DNA of 64,000 nt from an uncultured Methanosarcinales archaeon (GTDB lineage: Archaea > Nanobdellota > Nanobdellia > Woesearchaeales > GW2011-AR4). Both the position numbers and the translations under genes were made by a program. The notes under the pieces were generated by a model. That model made no database searches. It was not told where the DNA came from and saw only the letters and a list, made by a program, of their open reading frames with translations. This document shows, piece by piece, positions 1 to 12,263 of this stretch. The stretch is from assembly GCA_964650285.1 (NCBI GenBank), contig CAZYSP010000004.1, forward strand, positions 354-64,353. The letters are read 5' to 3'. Every line of letters starts with the position of its first letter. Position 1 is the first letter of the stretch.

Positions 1-900
1 AGGTTTAAGCATTTCGAATTAATTGCTAAAGCTATTGAAAAAGAAGTAAAAAAAGGTGTAGATGGAATAATAATAGGAATGGGAACTGATAATTTAGCTG
101 TTGCTTCTGCTGCATTAGCCTTTATTGTAGAGCAAACTCCAATACCCATATTATTAGTTGGTGCACAAAGAAGTTCTGACAGGGGCAGTTCAGATGCTGC
201 TATGAATCTAATTTGTGCTGCAGAGTTTATCACAAAAACAGACTTTGCTGGAGTAGCTGTTTGCATGCATGAAAATAGTGGTGATAAAAGCTCTGCTATA
301 TTCCCAGCTACAAAAACAAGAAAATTACATAGCTCAAGAAGAGATGCATTAAAACCTGTAAATGATACAATAATAGCAAGGATAGATTACGATTCAAGAA
401 AAATAGAATTTATCAAAAAAGATTATTTGAAAAAAGAAAAAAGAAAATTGATAATAAAACCAAAAATGGAAGATAAGGTAGGATTATTAAAAATCCATAT
501 TAATATGTTTCCTGAACTATTTGAGTTATATAAAAACTACAAAGGGTTGGTAATAGAAGGTACCGGATTAGGCCATACACCAGGGCAAGTTCCAAATGAA
601 TATTGTAAAATCCATGAAAAAATTTATCCTGCTATTAAAAAAGTAATTGCTTCTGGTTGTATTGTAATAATGACAACCCAATGTTTGTTTGGAAAAGTTC
701 ACATGCATGTTTACGATAAAGGTGTTGATTTGACAAACTTAGACGTAATACCTGGCCAAGACATGCTCCCGGAAACAGCTTTTGTAAAACTAGCATGGTT
801 ACTAGGAAACTATAAAAAAGACGAAGTTAAAGAGATGATTGGCAAGAATTTAAGAGGAGAAATTAATGAACGATTGATGAAAGATGAATTCTTGGATTAA
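1..900 (+). CDS. gatD: Glu-tRNA(Gln) amidotransferase subunit D (5' part outside window)
   Basis: Frame open from base 1; asparaginase-family motifs GTD, GAQRSSDRGSSD, RKLHSSRRDA, EGTGLGH, MLPETAFVKLAW. Confidence 0.92.
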   Translation, partial: RFKHFELIAKAIEKEVKKGVDGIIIGMGTDNLAVASAALAFIVEQTPIPILLVGAQRSSDRGSSDAAMNLICAAEFITKTDFAGVAVCMHENSGDKSSAIFPATKTRKLHSSRRDALKPVNDTIIARIDYDSRKIEFIKKDYLKKEKRKLIIKPKMEDKVGLLKIHINMFPELFELYKNYKGLVIEGTGLGHTPGQVPNEYCKIHEKIYPAIKKVIASGCIVIMTTQCLFGKVHMHVYDKGVDLTNLDVIPGQDMLPETAFVKLAWLLGNYKKDEVKEMIGKNLRGEINERLMKDEFLD

Positions 901-1337
901 ACCTCACTTAAAACAACCAATGTTCGAGTCCTGTCTACACCATCTAAATTTCTTAGGTATCCGTCAATAAGCTTGTTCAATTCATCAATATCCTTCACCC
1001 AGACCTTAATTATTGTATCTGTTTCACCAGTTATCACTGATACCTCTTCTATAGCCGGATTTAATTTTAGTTTCTTTGCCAGTTCATACTGTGTTTTTTT
1101 TATTTGTTTTAGCAGCTTATAATCCACAGTAATTAGAACATAGGCAGAAATTGCTTTGTCAATCTTCTTATTGTCCAAAACAACTGTATATTTTTTTATT
1201 ACCCCATCCTTCTCAAGTTTTTTAATCCTATGATGGACAGTTGTTATTGGTATAAAGGTTTTCTTTGAAATCTGCTGAGTGGATAATTTACTGTTTTCTT
1301 TCAAAACATCAAGTATTCGTTCATCTTTTTCGTCCAT
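897..1337 (-). CDS. Lrp/AsnC family transcriptional regulator
   Basis: N-terminal HTH (ILDVLKENSKLS...TTVHHRIKKLEKDGVI) plus C-terminal RAM domain (ITGETD...RTRTLVVL). Confidence 0.93.
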   Translation of the reverse strand: MDEKDERILDVLKENSKLSTQQISKKTFIPITTVHHRIKKLEKDGVIKKYTVVLDNKKIDKAISAYVLITVDYKLLKQIKKTQYELAKKLKLNPAIEEVSVITGETDTIIKVWVKDIDELNKLIDGYLRNLDGVDRTRTLVVLSEV

Positions 1338-1339
1338 AA

Positions 1340-1355
1340 TGGAATATATATTCCA
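1340..1355. promoter_or_regulatory. Perfect 16-bp palindrome, putative Lrp autoregulatory operator
   Basis: TGGAATATATATTCCA lies immediately upstream of the Lrp start codon; a related half-site AATATTCCA occurs near 1389. Confidence 0.55.
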
Positions 1356-1597
1356 CTTTATTTATAAATTTTACTATTTTTTGCAAAAATATTCCATTTT
1401 TCTTGAGATACATTATTATAATTTTAATACAATCTAATCTAAATTCTATAGAATAGTAGGTATATACAATGTCTTACGAAGCAGAATTTGACGAAACAAT
1501 CGAAGAGGAGTAAATACTTGAAAAAGATTAAATTTCTTTAAAGTTTTTAAAATTTATATCAACAAAATATTTATAGTAAATAAATCTTTTTTCTTTT

Positions 1598-1840
1598 ATG
1601 CAGCCAATCCAAAACCTACTTAACAAAATAAAATGGGACAAAAGGGAAAACCCAGAGCAATACTCAATATTCTATTATGATAGAATTATCAAAAAATTAA
1701 TAGAAATTCCTTATACAAAAATCAAGAGAATAGAAGGCAGCTTTATGGTTCTAAACAACGAAGAAGAATCAAACATCCCTTTGCACAGAATAAAAAAAGT
1801 TGCAAAAAACAACATTATTGTTTGGGAAAGAAAACATTAA
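1598..1840 (+). CDS. DUF504/MJ1316-like RNA repair domain protein
   Basis: LLNKIKWD...IYYDR...IPLHRIKKV...VWER pattern. Confidence 0.8.
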   Translation: MQPIQNLLNKIKWDKRENPEQYSIFYYDRIIKKLIEIPYTKIKRIEGSFMVLNNEEESNIPLHRIKKVAKNNIIVWERKH

Positions 1841-1909
1841 GTAATAATTAAATGAAAATAAGTAAACAAAAGAAAACTTTAAATAAAATCAATAAAATAA
1901 CTTGTTATA

Positions 1910-2437
1910 ATGGAAGACGAAAAGGTAAAGCAGCTTGCTGAGACATTAAGGAAAAATGGGTTGGCCGCTTCTGAATACGAGGCAATTGAAAAGGCAAAGA
2001 GCATTCTGAATGTTAGGACGCAGAGGGAAGATGCTTCTCAGGAAGGAGATGTTGCAAAACATGACAGTGAAACAAAAAATGAGCAGGCAATGCCTAATCT
2101 TAACATAGATATAAAAAATCAAAATACTCCTTTAAATGAATTAATGAAGGAAATCAATGTCACACCAGAGCAGGTAGAAGCGCAGAAGCAGGAAAAGTTA
2201 GATGATATAGAAACAGAAGTCAATGAAATAAAAAAAGATATTAAACAGGCTGAAAAAAGCCCTGAAAAAACAGAACAGCTAAAAGAAGAGATTGCAAAGG
2301 TTAAGGACAACTTGGATAAGGTTGAGGAAGTTAAAGCAGAAAAAGAACCTCAAAACAAGCAACAAGCAGAGCAGGATGATATGTTTAAGGAAGAGAAAAA
2401 GATTGATTTGACAAAAGTATTTAACCATAAGAAGTAG
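1910..2437 (+). CDS. Hypothetical charged coiled-coil protein
   Basis: 175-aa ORF, Glu/Lys-rich, TATA-like element upstream. Confidence 0.7.
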   Translation: MEDEKVKQLAETLRKNGLAASEYEAIEKAKSILNVRTQREDASQEGDVAKHDSETKNEQAMPNLNIDIKNQNTPLNELMKEINVTPEQVEAQKQEKLDDIETEVNEIKKDIKQAEKSPEKTEQLKEEIAKVKDNLDKVEEVKAEKEPQNKQQAEQDDMFKEEKKIDLTKVFNHKK

Positions 2438-2607
2438 TATTCTCAGTTAAAATAATTTAAGTTTATTATTTGCCAGCTCTTGTTGCATCTTTCATGCTTC
2501 TGACATAACCATATACATCCTGCAACATCTTTTTTTTATCATTAATATTTTTTGCTCATAAATCTGGGAGTGTTGTATAAGTTTATAAGATTTATGAAGA
2601 TATTCTA

Positions 2608-2844
2608 TTATTTCTCTTTAGCTTTATTTCCAATAACTTCATTCAATTTCTTCACTGCTTCCTCTACTTCCTTGTCACTCATACCATGCGTCTTAAATCC
2701 TGCTTCTAAACTCTCAAAACCAGCCACATGGCAACCAACACAATGAAGCCCAAAACCTGTTAAAGTTGGAACTACCTGCGGATATTTCTCTACAATTTCC
2801 CCTATTGTTGTATCTTTTGTAATTTTTTGTTGTTTTTGTTCCAT
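2608..2844 (-). CDS. DUF1858 / hybrid-cluster-protein-associated redox disulfide domain protein
   Basis: ITKDTTIGEIVEKYP...GLHCVGC...ESLEAG...HG motif; start moved to the ATG at 2844. Confidence 0.85.
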   Translation of the reverse strand: MEQKQQKITKDTTIGEIVEKYPQVVPTLTGFGLHCVGCHVAGFESLEAGFKTHGMSDKEVEEAVKKLNEVIGNKAKEK

Positions 2845-2959
2845 TGTAATCACTATTATCAACAATATTTAGAAGGACTGTTCATTATATAAATGTTTTT
2901 ATTGGGTGTTGACTGTATAGAGCTTTTGTGGTTTACTAATATCAAGAATAAGAATTTAT

Positions 2960-3709
2960 CTACTGAGATATATTGCTTGGCAAGTAAAGAGGGAGTAATT
3001 CTGCAAGAGTATGTATTGTTATGTCTCCCTTACCCAAGGGTGTTCCAATATCTTTCTTATCCGGATTATATAGGATAAAAGTGAGGTTTGGATTTTCCTC
3101 TTTCGCTCTTTGTGCTGATTCACAATCATTACGTGCATCACCAACATATACCATTATAGCATTCTCAGGCACCTTGAACTTTTCACGAATATGATATATG
3201 CCATCTGGAGCAGGTTTAGGTTTCTTTACATTATCACCAGTAAGTACATAGTCAATATTATCTTTTAGAACCTGATATTTTTCCAATACTTTTCTCGTAT
3301 ACCCTTTATCAGAAGAAGTAAAGATTGCTGTCTTAATCCCTGCTTTTTTTAATTCTGGCAAGATTTCCATAACACCTTCGTAAAGAGTGACATTACCTGC
3401 ATGTTCTTGCACATATCCTTGTTTGATGTTGGCAATCTTCTCGACTAATTCACTTTGATTTGGTTTATTTGAATTTTTTACTATAAGTTTAGCAAAACCT
3501 TCATGCGTGAGCCCTTTTTGTCCTTCTATAATCTCCTCAAGAGTTTTGTTCAAAGTAAGATTGTCTTCCTCTTTTGCTTGATTTATCGCCTTTCTGGCGC
3601 CCCCCTCATGCACCTTTGATCCATCGATTAATGTACCATCTAAATCAAAGATTACGAGGTAAGGCATACTTCCGTTTCCTGACAAATGGTCTTCTATCAT
3701 TGTCACCAC
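2960..3709 (-). CDS. HAD-superfamily hydrolase (phosphoglycolate phosphatase-like)
   Basis: Motif I DLDGT, motif III KPKPAP, motif IV YVGD...ND. Confidence 0.88.
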   Translation of the reverse strand: MVTMIEDHLSGNGSMPYLVIFDLDGTLIDGSKVHEGGARKAINQAKEEDNLTLNKTLEEIIEGQKGLTHEGFAKLIVKNSNKPNQSELVEKIANIKQGYVQEHAGNVTLYEGVMEILPELKKAGIKTAIFTSSDKGYTRKVLEKYQVLKDNIDYVLTGDNVKKPKPAPDGIYHIREKFKVPENAIMVYVGDARNDCESAQRAKEENPNLTFILYNPDKKDIGTPLGKGDITIHTLAELLPLYLPSNISQ

Positions 3710-3735
3710 TATTAAGTAAGTATATCAGTATATAA

Positions 3736-6065
<2,330 letters not shown>

Positions 6066-6148
6066 TTGTTTCAAACCTGTTTGGAACATTGAAAATTCCA
6101 ACTAAATTCAATAAAATTTGGGATTTTCATTTTATTAATTTCAAATTG

Positions 6149-6508
6149 TTATTTTCTTGACGGATCAACCAAAAACCTATTTTCAAGTGTATTGACTCCA
6201 ATTAAGACAGAATATTTCATATGAGTTCTGTCTGCTAAAGTAAATTCTGATCTCATTTTTTTCCCTGCCATTACAATTTCTGCTTCTACTATAGGCCTTA
6301 ATGCGTTTCCATGGGCAGACTTTATTATTTTTGATTTTATCACAGGCCCCAGGTTTAATTTTGACGCCAGCTTTGTATCTATAGAGCTTCTTGTTGCACC
6401 TGTATCAACTTTTGCTGTAACCTCTTTGTTGCCATTACTAGACACAAAACTAACCTTTTCTGTGAGCCCAACTATAACCTTTCCATCAACCTTAGCATGC
6501 CTTTCCAT
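6149..6508 (-). CDS. RimK-associated retropepsin-like protease
   Basis: AKVDTGA aspartic motif, FTLADRTHMKYSVLIG; directly upstream of rimK. Confidence 0.85.
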   Translation of the reverse strand: MERHAKVDGKVIVGLTEKVSFVSSNGNKEVTAKVDTGATRSSIDTKLASKLNLGPVIKSKIIKSAHGNALRPIVEAEIVMAGKKMRSEFTLADRTHMKYSVLIGVNTLENRFLVDPSRK

Positions 6509-6617
6509 AGCACAAAAAAAGAGTAATTCTTGGTTTATAAGGTTTTCTAATTTTGTGATATCATATGAATAAAAGAAAAATTTATTTTTATAGTGAATAT
6601 AACTTCCCATTAACCTA

Positions 6618-8687
6618 TTAGTTTTTTCTTTTTTCTTTTAATTTGTTGATATGAACTTCATCAGGAATTGTTGTTCTGTCATAAGCAATTCCGTTTCCGA
6701 TTGGTTTCCATCCCTCTTCCTCGGCACGAAAACGTAAATGCTCACCTATTGCTTCTATTAAAACATCTTTAGGTATTTCAGAAAATTTTCCGGAATCTAC
6801 TGCCTTTTTTTCAATATATGATGGAAATACCTTAAATCCGGTACGTTTGTCTTTCTCTAGAGCCCTATCTACAAACTTGTTTAATGAATTACCTAACCTT
6901 GATTTTTGCTGTTTTTTCGGAATAGGATGTATTTTTTCACTTGAGTCATTGGATTCAAATAATTCGACCAATTTTTTCAATTGGGATTTATAAAGTTTGT
7001 TGCCTTGGTTTAGGTCAACATATAAAGTAACTGCGTTTGTTCTTTGGCCTAAAATTTCTACCGAAGCTGCTCCACGACGCCCTTTACCAATGATGTCGTT
7101 TGGGTAGATCTGACCAAAAACATCAATTGCTGTATACAATACCTTCTCCAACTGGTCTTTAGGCACAGTTAGTTTAGCTAATCTTCCACGAAGTACAGAC
7201 CATGCTGCTAAATGTTCGGGGTCAGATATATTCTTCTTTATATCACTTTTAAGAAATCCTATATCCTTAACATCGTCAAGTAATCTGATTGCATCTTTAG
7301 TTAGCGGTTTTTTGAGAGCTGTTGTTAAAACATCTTTTAAATAATTAGGGTTATCTAAAACTCTTGATCCACAAATTTCAGAATCTGTAGAAATAATCAA
7401 TTCTAGATCCTTTTTACCGCGTGGAAAACCTATACTGAGATTTCCTCTTACATCAATTGGTATATAGAACTCATGAAATAATCCCCCTTTCCTGATTGTT
7501 GAATAATGTTTACCAATATTGACTGGACATAAATCGATTAATCCGATTTCTCTTGAAATTTTGTCAATTTCCTCTTTATCAAAAGTAAGATTTTGAAAAT
7601 GATAATATTTGGAATAATGAGTTTTTTCTTCTAACCCCCCACATTTCCGCTCGTACATTGCAAGTACTGAATGGAGTTTTTTTGTCAATTTCCTTTTACT
7701 ATTATTTAGGACAGTTAATTGACTACTATATTTTTGGTCGATTTTTTCACTTAATTTGACCTTTATTTTTAAATTTCTAATATCATTGTTTAATTTGTTT
7801 AATTCAATAGCATCGTTTCTTGCTGCTTCTGAGATTTCAGAATATTCCATTTCGAAAAGATTTTTATAAAATGAATTTTTTCTAGAGTTCCAGCTCAATC
7901 TAGAAAGTCTTCCTCTTTCCTCATCTATCACATCTTTTCTGAATAAAATTCCTTCAAATTCGTATACAGCGTAATCAAGATGTGATTTTAACTTGTTTCC
8001 TTTGTAGATGTAAACTCCTAACTTTGTTTTAATATTATCCCTTAAATTCTCTCGTTGATGGTTCAACTCATTTATTTTTTCGGCTGATTTTATATCTTCC
8101 TTTTTATTGTGAGTAAACTGCAACATGTCATATTCGTAGGAAATTCTAGAATAATTACCAATATCTTCTTTTAACTCATTGAGTAACTCGTCCTTGTTTG
8201 ACTCTGTGAGAGATTTTATAGATAAGACTTCTCCCATACTAAAATTATGGGCTTTGGCCAGGTTTTTTCTTGTTCCTGGAGGCAATTGTTCCCAATATTT
8301 TTCGGTTAAAAAGTGATATGTTTTAATTGCTTCTGGACTTAGGAAATAATTAACTCCCTTTTCTGATTCTTTAGTTCTTGAACTTAGTAAATAATTATCT
8401 CCCTTTTCAGATTCTTCAGTTCTTTCTTCTAATAGGGATGCAAAAGTATACCAAAAATCTTTATCTTGTTTGCCTACGAACGTAGAATAATCAGATTCTA
8501 AGCTATGTACAATATTTTCCAATTTGTTTTGAGGAGGAGATGCTAAATCTATACTTCCCCTATATTCTATCACTGGCGCATTATCTCTAAACTGCTTTAA
8601 AGAAGCTTCTTTCATTACTCTAAGTAGAGAATCAACTTTATGTAGACGTTCAGTTGGTTTATAGTTTTCGAATAACATAATTATCAC
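6618..8687 (-). CDS. Large hypothetical protein (ORFan)
   Basis: 689-aa open frame with BRE/TATA-like CGAAAGATTTATA upstream; no recognisable motif. Confidence 0.7.
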   Translation of the reverse strand: MIIMLFENYKPTERLHKVDSLLRVMKEASLKQFRDNAPVIEYRGSIDLASPPQNKLENIVHSLESDYSTFVGKQDKDFWYTFASLLEERTEESEKGDNYLLSSRTKESEKGVNYFLSPEAIKTYHFLTEKYWEQLPPGTRKNLAKAHNFSMGEVLSIKSLTESNKDELLNELKEDIGNYSRISYEYDMLQFTHNKKEDIKSAEKINELNHQRENLRDNIKTKLGVYIYKGNKLKSHLDYAVYEFEGILFRKDVIDEERGRLSRLSWNSRKNSFYKNLFEMEYSEISEAARNDAIELNKLNNDIRNLKIKVKLSEKIDQKYSSQLTVLNNSKRKLTKKLHSVLAMYERKCGGLEEKTHYSKYYHFQNLTFDKEEIDKISREIGLIDLCPVNIGKHYSTIRKGGLFHEFYIPIDVRGNLSIGFPRGKKDLELIISTDSEICGSRVLDNPNYLKDVLTTALKKPLTKDAIRLLDDVKDIGFLKSDIKKNISDPEHLAAWSVLRGRLAKLTVPKDQLEKVLYTAIDVFGQIYPNDIIGKGRRGAASVEILGQRTNAVTLYVDLNQGNKLYKSQLKKLVELFESNDSSEKIHPIPKKQQKSRLGNSLNKFVDRALEKDKRTGFKVFPSYIEKKAVDSGKFSEIPKDVLIEAIGEHLRFRAEEEGWKPIGNGIAYDRTTIPDEVHINKLKEKRKN
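8337..8426. repeat. 45-bp tandem duplication inside the ORFan (15-aa repeat)
   Basis: Units 8337-8381 and 8382-8426 encode RTEESEKGDNYLLSS and RTKESEKGVNYFLSP. Confidence 0.85.
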
Positions 8688-8852
8688 TTTTTGATGTTTT
8701 AATAAACAAATATTATATCAAATTTTTTTGACTATTCCAATTTACCCCTTATATACTATAATATAGGTATATATCTCTTTATAAATCTTTCGATTTTGTA
8801 ACTATCACACAGTAATAAAACAACAGCATATAATAACTCAAACACCATATTT

Positions 8853-8914
8853 CCAAAACCAGCGGAAAACAAAGTTTTCCTGGGTATTTGAAAATTCTAA
8901 GAATTTCCAAAACA
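8853..8914. repeat. Palindromic mini-hairpin cluster (REP-like)
   Basis: GGAAAAC-AAA-GTTTTCC and AAATTC-TAA-GAATTT hairpins; the CCAAAACCAGCGGAAAACAAA core recurs, with one extra C, at 54509-54530. Confidence 0.6.
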
Positions 8915-8951
8915 TTTATATATCTCATACCAGCAATCCATAGTGTAAAGA

Positions 8952-9254
8952 ATGGCTTTTAAACAAAGACATCTTACAAAACATGACCGCTATGTTCTAG
9001 AGTTAAGAGACAAGATTAAGCACAAATACGACTTTGTCACTGTTAATGTTAAGGTTGCAGGTAAAAAAAGAAGTCTAGGGGAAATTGATATAGTTGCAAA
9101 GAAAGGCAACAAGGTTGATTTGTATGAGGTTAAGTGCAGCCATAGGATTGTAAAAGCCAAAAAACAGCTGAAAAGAATGAAAAGGCTGATGAACCTGGAT
9201 AATTCAAGAGCATATTTCTATTGCGGAAGCTCAGAGTGTTTGGTTAATGTTTAA
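8952..9254 (+). CDS. Small PD-(D/E)xK nuclease-like protein (YraN/Mrr-like)
   Basis: GEIDIVAKKGNKVDLYEVKCS. Confidence 0.75.
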   Translation: MAFKQRHLTKHDRYVLELRDKIKHKYDFVTVNVKVAGKKRSLGEIDIVAKKGNKVDLYEVKCSHRIVKAKKQLKRMKRLMNLDNSRAYFYCGSSECLVNV

Positions 9255-10225
9255 AGCCCCAGATTTTCATCAAACCCAAACATCAAATTCATATTCTGCA
9301 CTGCCTGTCCAGAAGCTCCTTTAAGCAAATTGTCAATAACAGAAATCACAACTAGCTGATTGTTTTCATCAATTTCAAAGCCACCTATACAACAATAATT
9401 ATTTTTTTGAATATCATGTAAATCCGGAATTTTATCCATAATTTTTATAAAAGGTTCATCTTTGTAAAAATCTTTGAATACTTTAATTATTTCATCTTTA
9501 TTGCTTTTTTTCTTTAGTATTGTATGCGTTGTGCACATCATGCCTTGGAAAGTATCTATAACATGAGGTGTAAAAGAAAGTTTTGTCTTAATGAACTGCT
9601 CTATTTCATATTTGTGCCTGTGCTTGGTTAGTTTGTAAGCCAGAATATTGTCTTCATAATTCTTAGGATCATTATAATAACCAGGTTTTTTTCCTGCTCC
9701 GCTATAACCAGACTTACAATCAAATACAATATATTTTGCAAGTTTTTGTATTGGAAAAGCAGATAATATGCAGACTGTAGCGTAACATCCTGGATTTGCA
9801 ACAATTTTTGATTTTTTTATTTTATTTTTAAATAATTCTGGAAGTCCATATACTGCTTTTTTATTATTCTTCCCATCCAAATGTTTTGTTCCATAAACCT
9901 CTTCATATTTTTGTATTTTCTTAAACCTGTAATCAGCAGATAAATCAATTATTTTTTTGCTTTTTAATTTAGGTAATATTTCAAAAGCTGTTGTATGGGG
10001 AACAGCTAAAAACACACAATCCAGCTTCATTTTATTAATCTCATCAATGGAATAATTTGTATAAACATCCTCGCTATTAAAATCAGGGTAAAGCTCTTTT
10101 ACTTTTTTACCTACATAGCTTTTGCTGTTTAAAACCTTTAATTCTACTTTGGAATGTTTTTTCAATATTTTTATCAATTCATATCCAGTATATCCTGATG
10201 CACCAATTATTCCGATTTGTTTCAT
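9251..10225 (-). CDS. argC: N-acetyl-gamma-glutamyl-phosphate reductase
   Basis: GASGYTG, DLSADYR, YGLPEL, ANPGCY, DNLLKGASGQAVQN. Confidence 0.97.
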   Translation of the reverse strand: MKQIGIIGASGYTGYELIKILKKHSKVELKVLNSKSYVGKKVKELYPDFNSEDVYTNYSIDEINKMKLDCVFLAVPHTTAFEILPKLKSKKIIDLSADYRFKKIQKYEEVYGTKHLDGKNNKKAVYGLPELFKNKIKKSKIVANPGCYATVCILSAFPIQKLAKYIVFDCKSGYSGAGKKPGYYNDPKNYEDNILAYKLTKHRHKYEIEQFIKTKLSFTPHVIDTFQGMMCTTHTILKKKSNKDEIIKVFKDFYKDEPFIKIMDKIPDLHDIQKNNYCCIGGFEIDENNQLVVISVIDNLLKGASGQAVQNMNLMFGFDENLGL

Positions 10226-11382
10226 TTCACTACCTCATCCAAAATATTTATTGCTTCATCAATCTCTTCTTTCATTATTATCAACGAAGGCAAAAACCTC
10301 AAAACCTTTTCTGATGCACAATTAACCAATAACCCTCTTTCCAAACATTTATTTGCAATGTTCTTGCATTCTACACTTAACTCAACCCCAATCATCAATC
10401 CCTTTCCGCGCACTTCTTTAATTATGCTATATTTATTTTTTAATCCATTCAATTTTTTAATGAAATAATTTCCCTGCTTTACTGCATTGCCCATCAATTT
10501 ATTTTTCATTATGAAATCTATTGTTGCATTTGCTGCTGCACAGCTTAGGCTATTCCCTCCAAAAGTGCTTGCATGGTCTCCTTTGTCAAAATCAATTCCT
10601 TTCCCTGCCATCATAACCCCGATAGGAATACCATTAGCCAGGCCTTTTGCCACTGTTACAATATCTGGCTTTACATTATAATGCAAATAAGCAAAAAACT
10701 TTCCTGTGCGCCCTGTTCCTGTCTGCACCTCATCCAAAATCAGCAGAATATTTTTTTTCTCACAAAGTTTCTTTAGTTTTACTAAATAGTCTTCATCAGG
10801 CATTATAATTCCAGATTCGCCTTGTATTGGCTCAACTATAACTGCTGCTGTTTTTTCTGTAATTGCATCTTCTACAGCCTTTATGTTATTATAATCAACA
10901 AAAGTAAATCCCGGAACAGTTGGCTCAAATTTTTTCCTGAGTTTTTCTTTCCAAGTTGCAGACAAAGCACCTAAGGTCCTTCCGTGAAATGCATGTTTTG
11001 TAGCTATTATATCTGTCTTTTCAGTATACTTTCTTGCTAATTTTATTGCTGCTTCATTTGCTTCTGCTCCGGAATTGCAGAAAAAACATTTGCTTAAGCC
11101 GGATATTTTTGCTAATTTTTTTGCCAAAACTACATGTTGTTCAGTATAATAAAGATTAGTTACATTAAGCAGTTTTTTCGATTGAGCACAAACAGCCTCT
11201 GCTACTTTTTTATTTCCGTGTCCAATTGAGCATGTTGCTAGTCCTGCAACTAAATCAAGATATTTTTTACTGTTCTTATCAAAAACATAGCAGCCTTTAC
11301 CATGGTCAATTACAATGCCTGACCTCGAATAAGTCTGCATTATATGTTTTTTCTCTGTTTCAATAATTTTTTTTGTATTCAT
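10222..11382 (-). CDS. argD: Acetylornithine aminotransferase
   Basis: NSGAEANEAA, FHGRT, DEVQTG, AKGL, HASTFGG; located in the arg operon. Confidence 0.95.
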   Translation of the reverse strand: MNTKKIIETEKKHIMQTYSRSGIVIDHGKGCYVFDKNSKKYLDLVAGLATCSIGHGNKKVAEAVCAQSKKLLNVTNLYYTEQHVVLAKKLAKISGLSKCFFCNSGAEANEAAIKLARKYTEKTDIIATKHAFHGRTLGALSATWKEKLRKKFEPTVPGFTFVDYNNIKAVEDAITEKTAAVIVEPIQGESGIIMPDEDYLVKLKKLCEKKNILLILDEVQTGTGRTGKFFAYLHYNVKPDIVTVAKGLANGIPIGVMMAGKGIDFDKGDHASTFGGNSLSCAAANATIDFIMKNKLMGNAVKQGNYFIKKLNGLKNKYSIIKEVRGKGLMIGVELSVECKNIANKCLERGLLVNCASEKVLRFLPSLIIMKEEIDEAINILDEVVK

Positions 11383-11426
11383 TTTTTATTATTAAGCATT
11401 ATTTTTTCATTGGAATTTTAATTAGT

Positions 11427-12263
11427 TTAATTGTTATCATTTTCATATACTATCTCTGTCCCAACACCCTTATCTGTAAAAATTTCAAGCAGAAGTGAAT
11501 GTGAAGTTAATCCATTTAACAAATGTGCCTTAGGACATTTATTTTTAACCGCATAAATACAGGCCTCTACCTTAGGAATCATCCCCTTATTTATCATACC
11601 GCTTTCAATCTCTTTTTTAGCAGTATTGAAATCAACATGGGGCACCAACTTTCTGTTTATTATCACACCATGAACATTAGTCAATATTGTAAGTTTTTCA
11701 GCTTTTAGCGCAACTGCAATATGTGACGCAGCTGTATCGGCATTTATATTGTAACATTTTCCATCATCCTTATTGCTTAGAGGGGAAATTACAGGGATAA
11801 ATCCCGAGTCTATAATCTTTAACAATTTATTTTTGTCTATTCCTGTTATTTCTCCTACAAGACCAAGCTTAATATTTTTCTGCTTTACTTTAATATGCCC
11901 GGTAGCATTAACTGATTTAGTTCCATGGCGTTTGATGTTCGCGACAATTCCATTGTTTATCTTCAAAAAAACTTTTTCAACAATTTTGATTGTCTTATCA
12001 TCAGTATACCTCAAGCCATTGATAAACTTTGGAGTTATTTTTGATTTTTTTAACTCCTTGTTTATCACAGGCCCTCCGCCATGAACAACTACAGGTTTCA
12101 TACCTATATAATTTAATAAAACTATATCTTCTATGACATTTTCTATTTTAGATACAGCATCTCCTCCGAATTTTATTACTACTATTTTATTGTTAAATCT
12201 CTTAATATAAGGTAATGCTTCAACCAAAACCTGTGTTTTTTCATTTAGATTCATTTTTATCAC
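11427..12263 (-). CDS. argB: Acetylglutamate kinase
   Basis: VIKFGG, VHGGGP, NINAD, GMIPKV. Confidence 0.96.
   Translation of the reverse strand: MIKMNLNEKTQVLVEALPYIKRFNNKIVVIKFGGDAVSKIENVIEDIVLLNYIGMKPVVVHGGGPVINKELKKSKITPKFINGLRYTDDKTIKIVEKVFLKINNGIVANIKRHGTKSVNATGHIKVKQKNIKLGLVGEITGIDKNKLLKIIDSGFIPVISPLSNKDDGKCYNINADTAASHIAVALKAEKLTILTNVHGVIINRKLVPHVDFNTAKKEIESGMINKGMIPKVEACIYAVKNKCPKAHLLNGLTSHSLLLEIFTDKGVGTEIVYENDNN

Noticed and set aside
76-96. GatD motif MGTDN instead of HGTDT as a sign of inactivation
   Set aside because: The catalytic Thr-Asp pair and the downstream Lys are retained.
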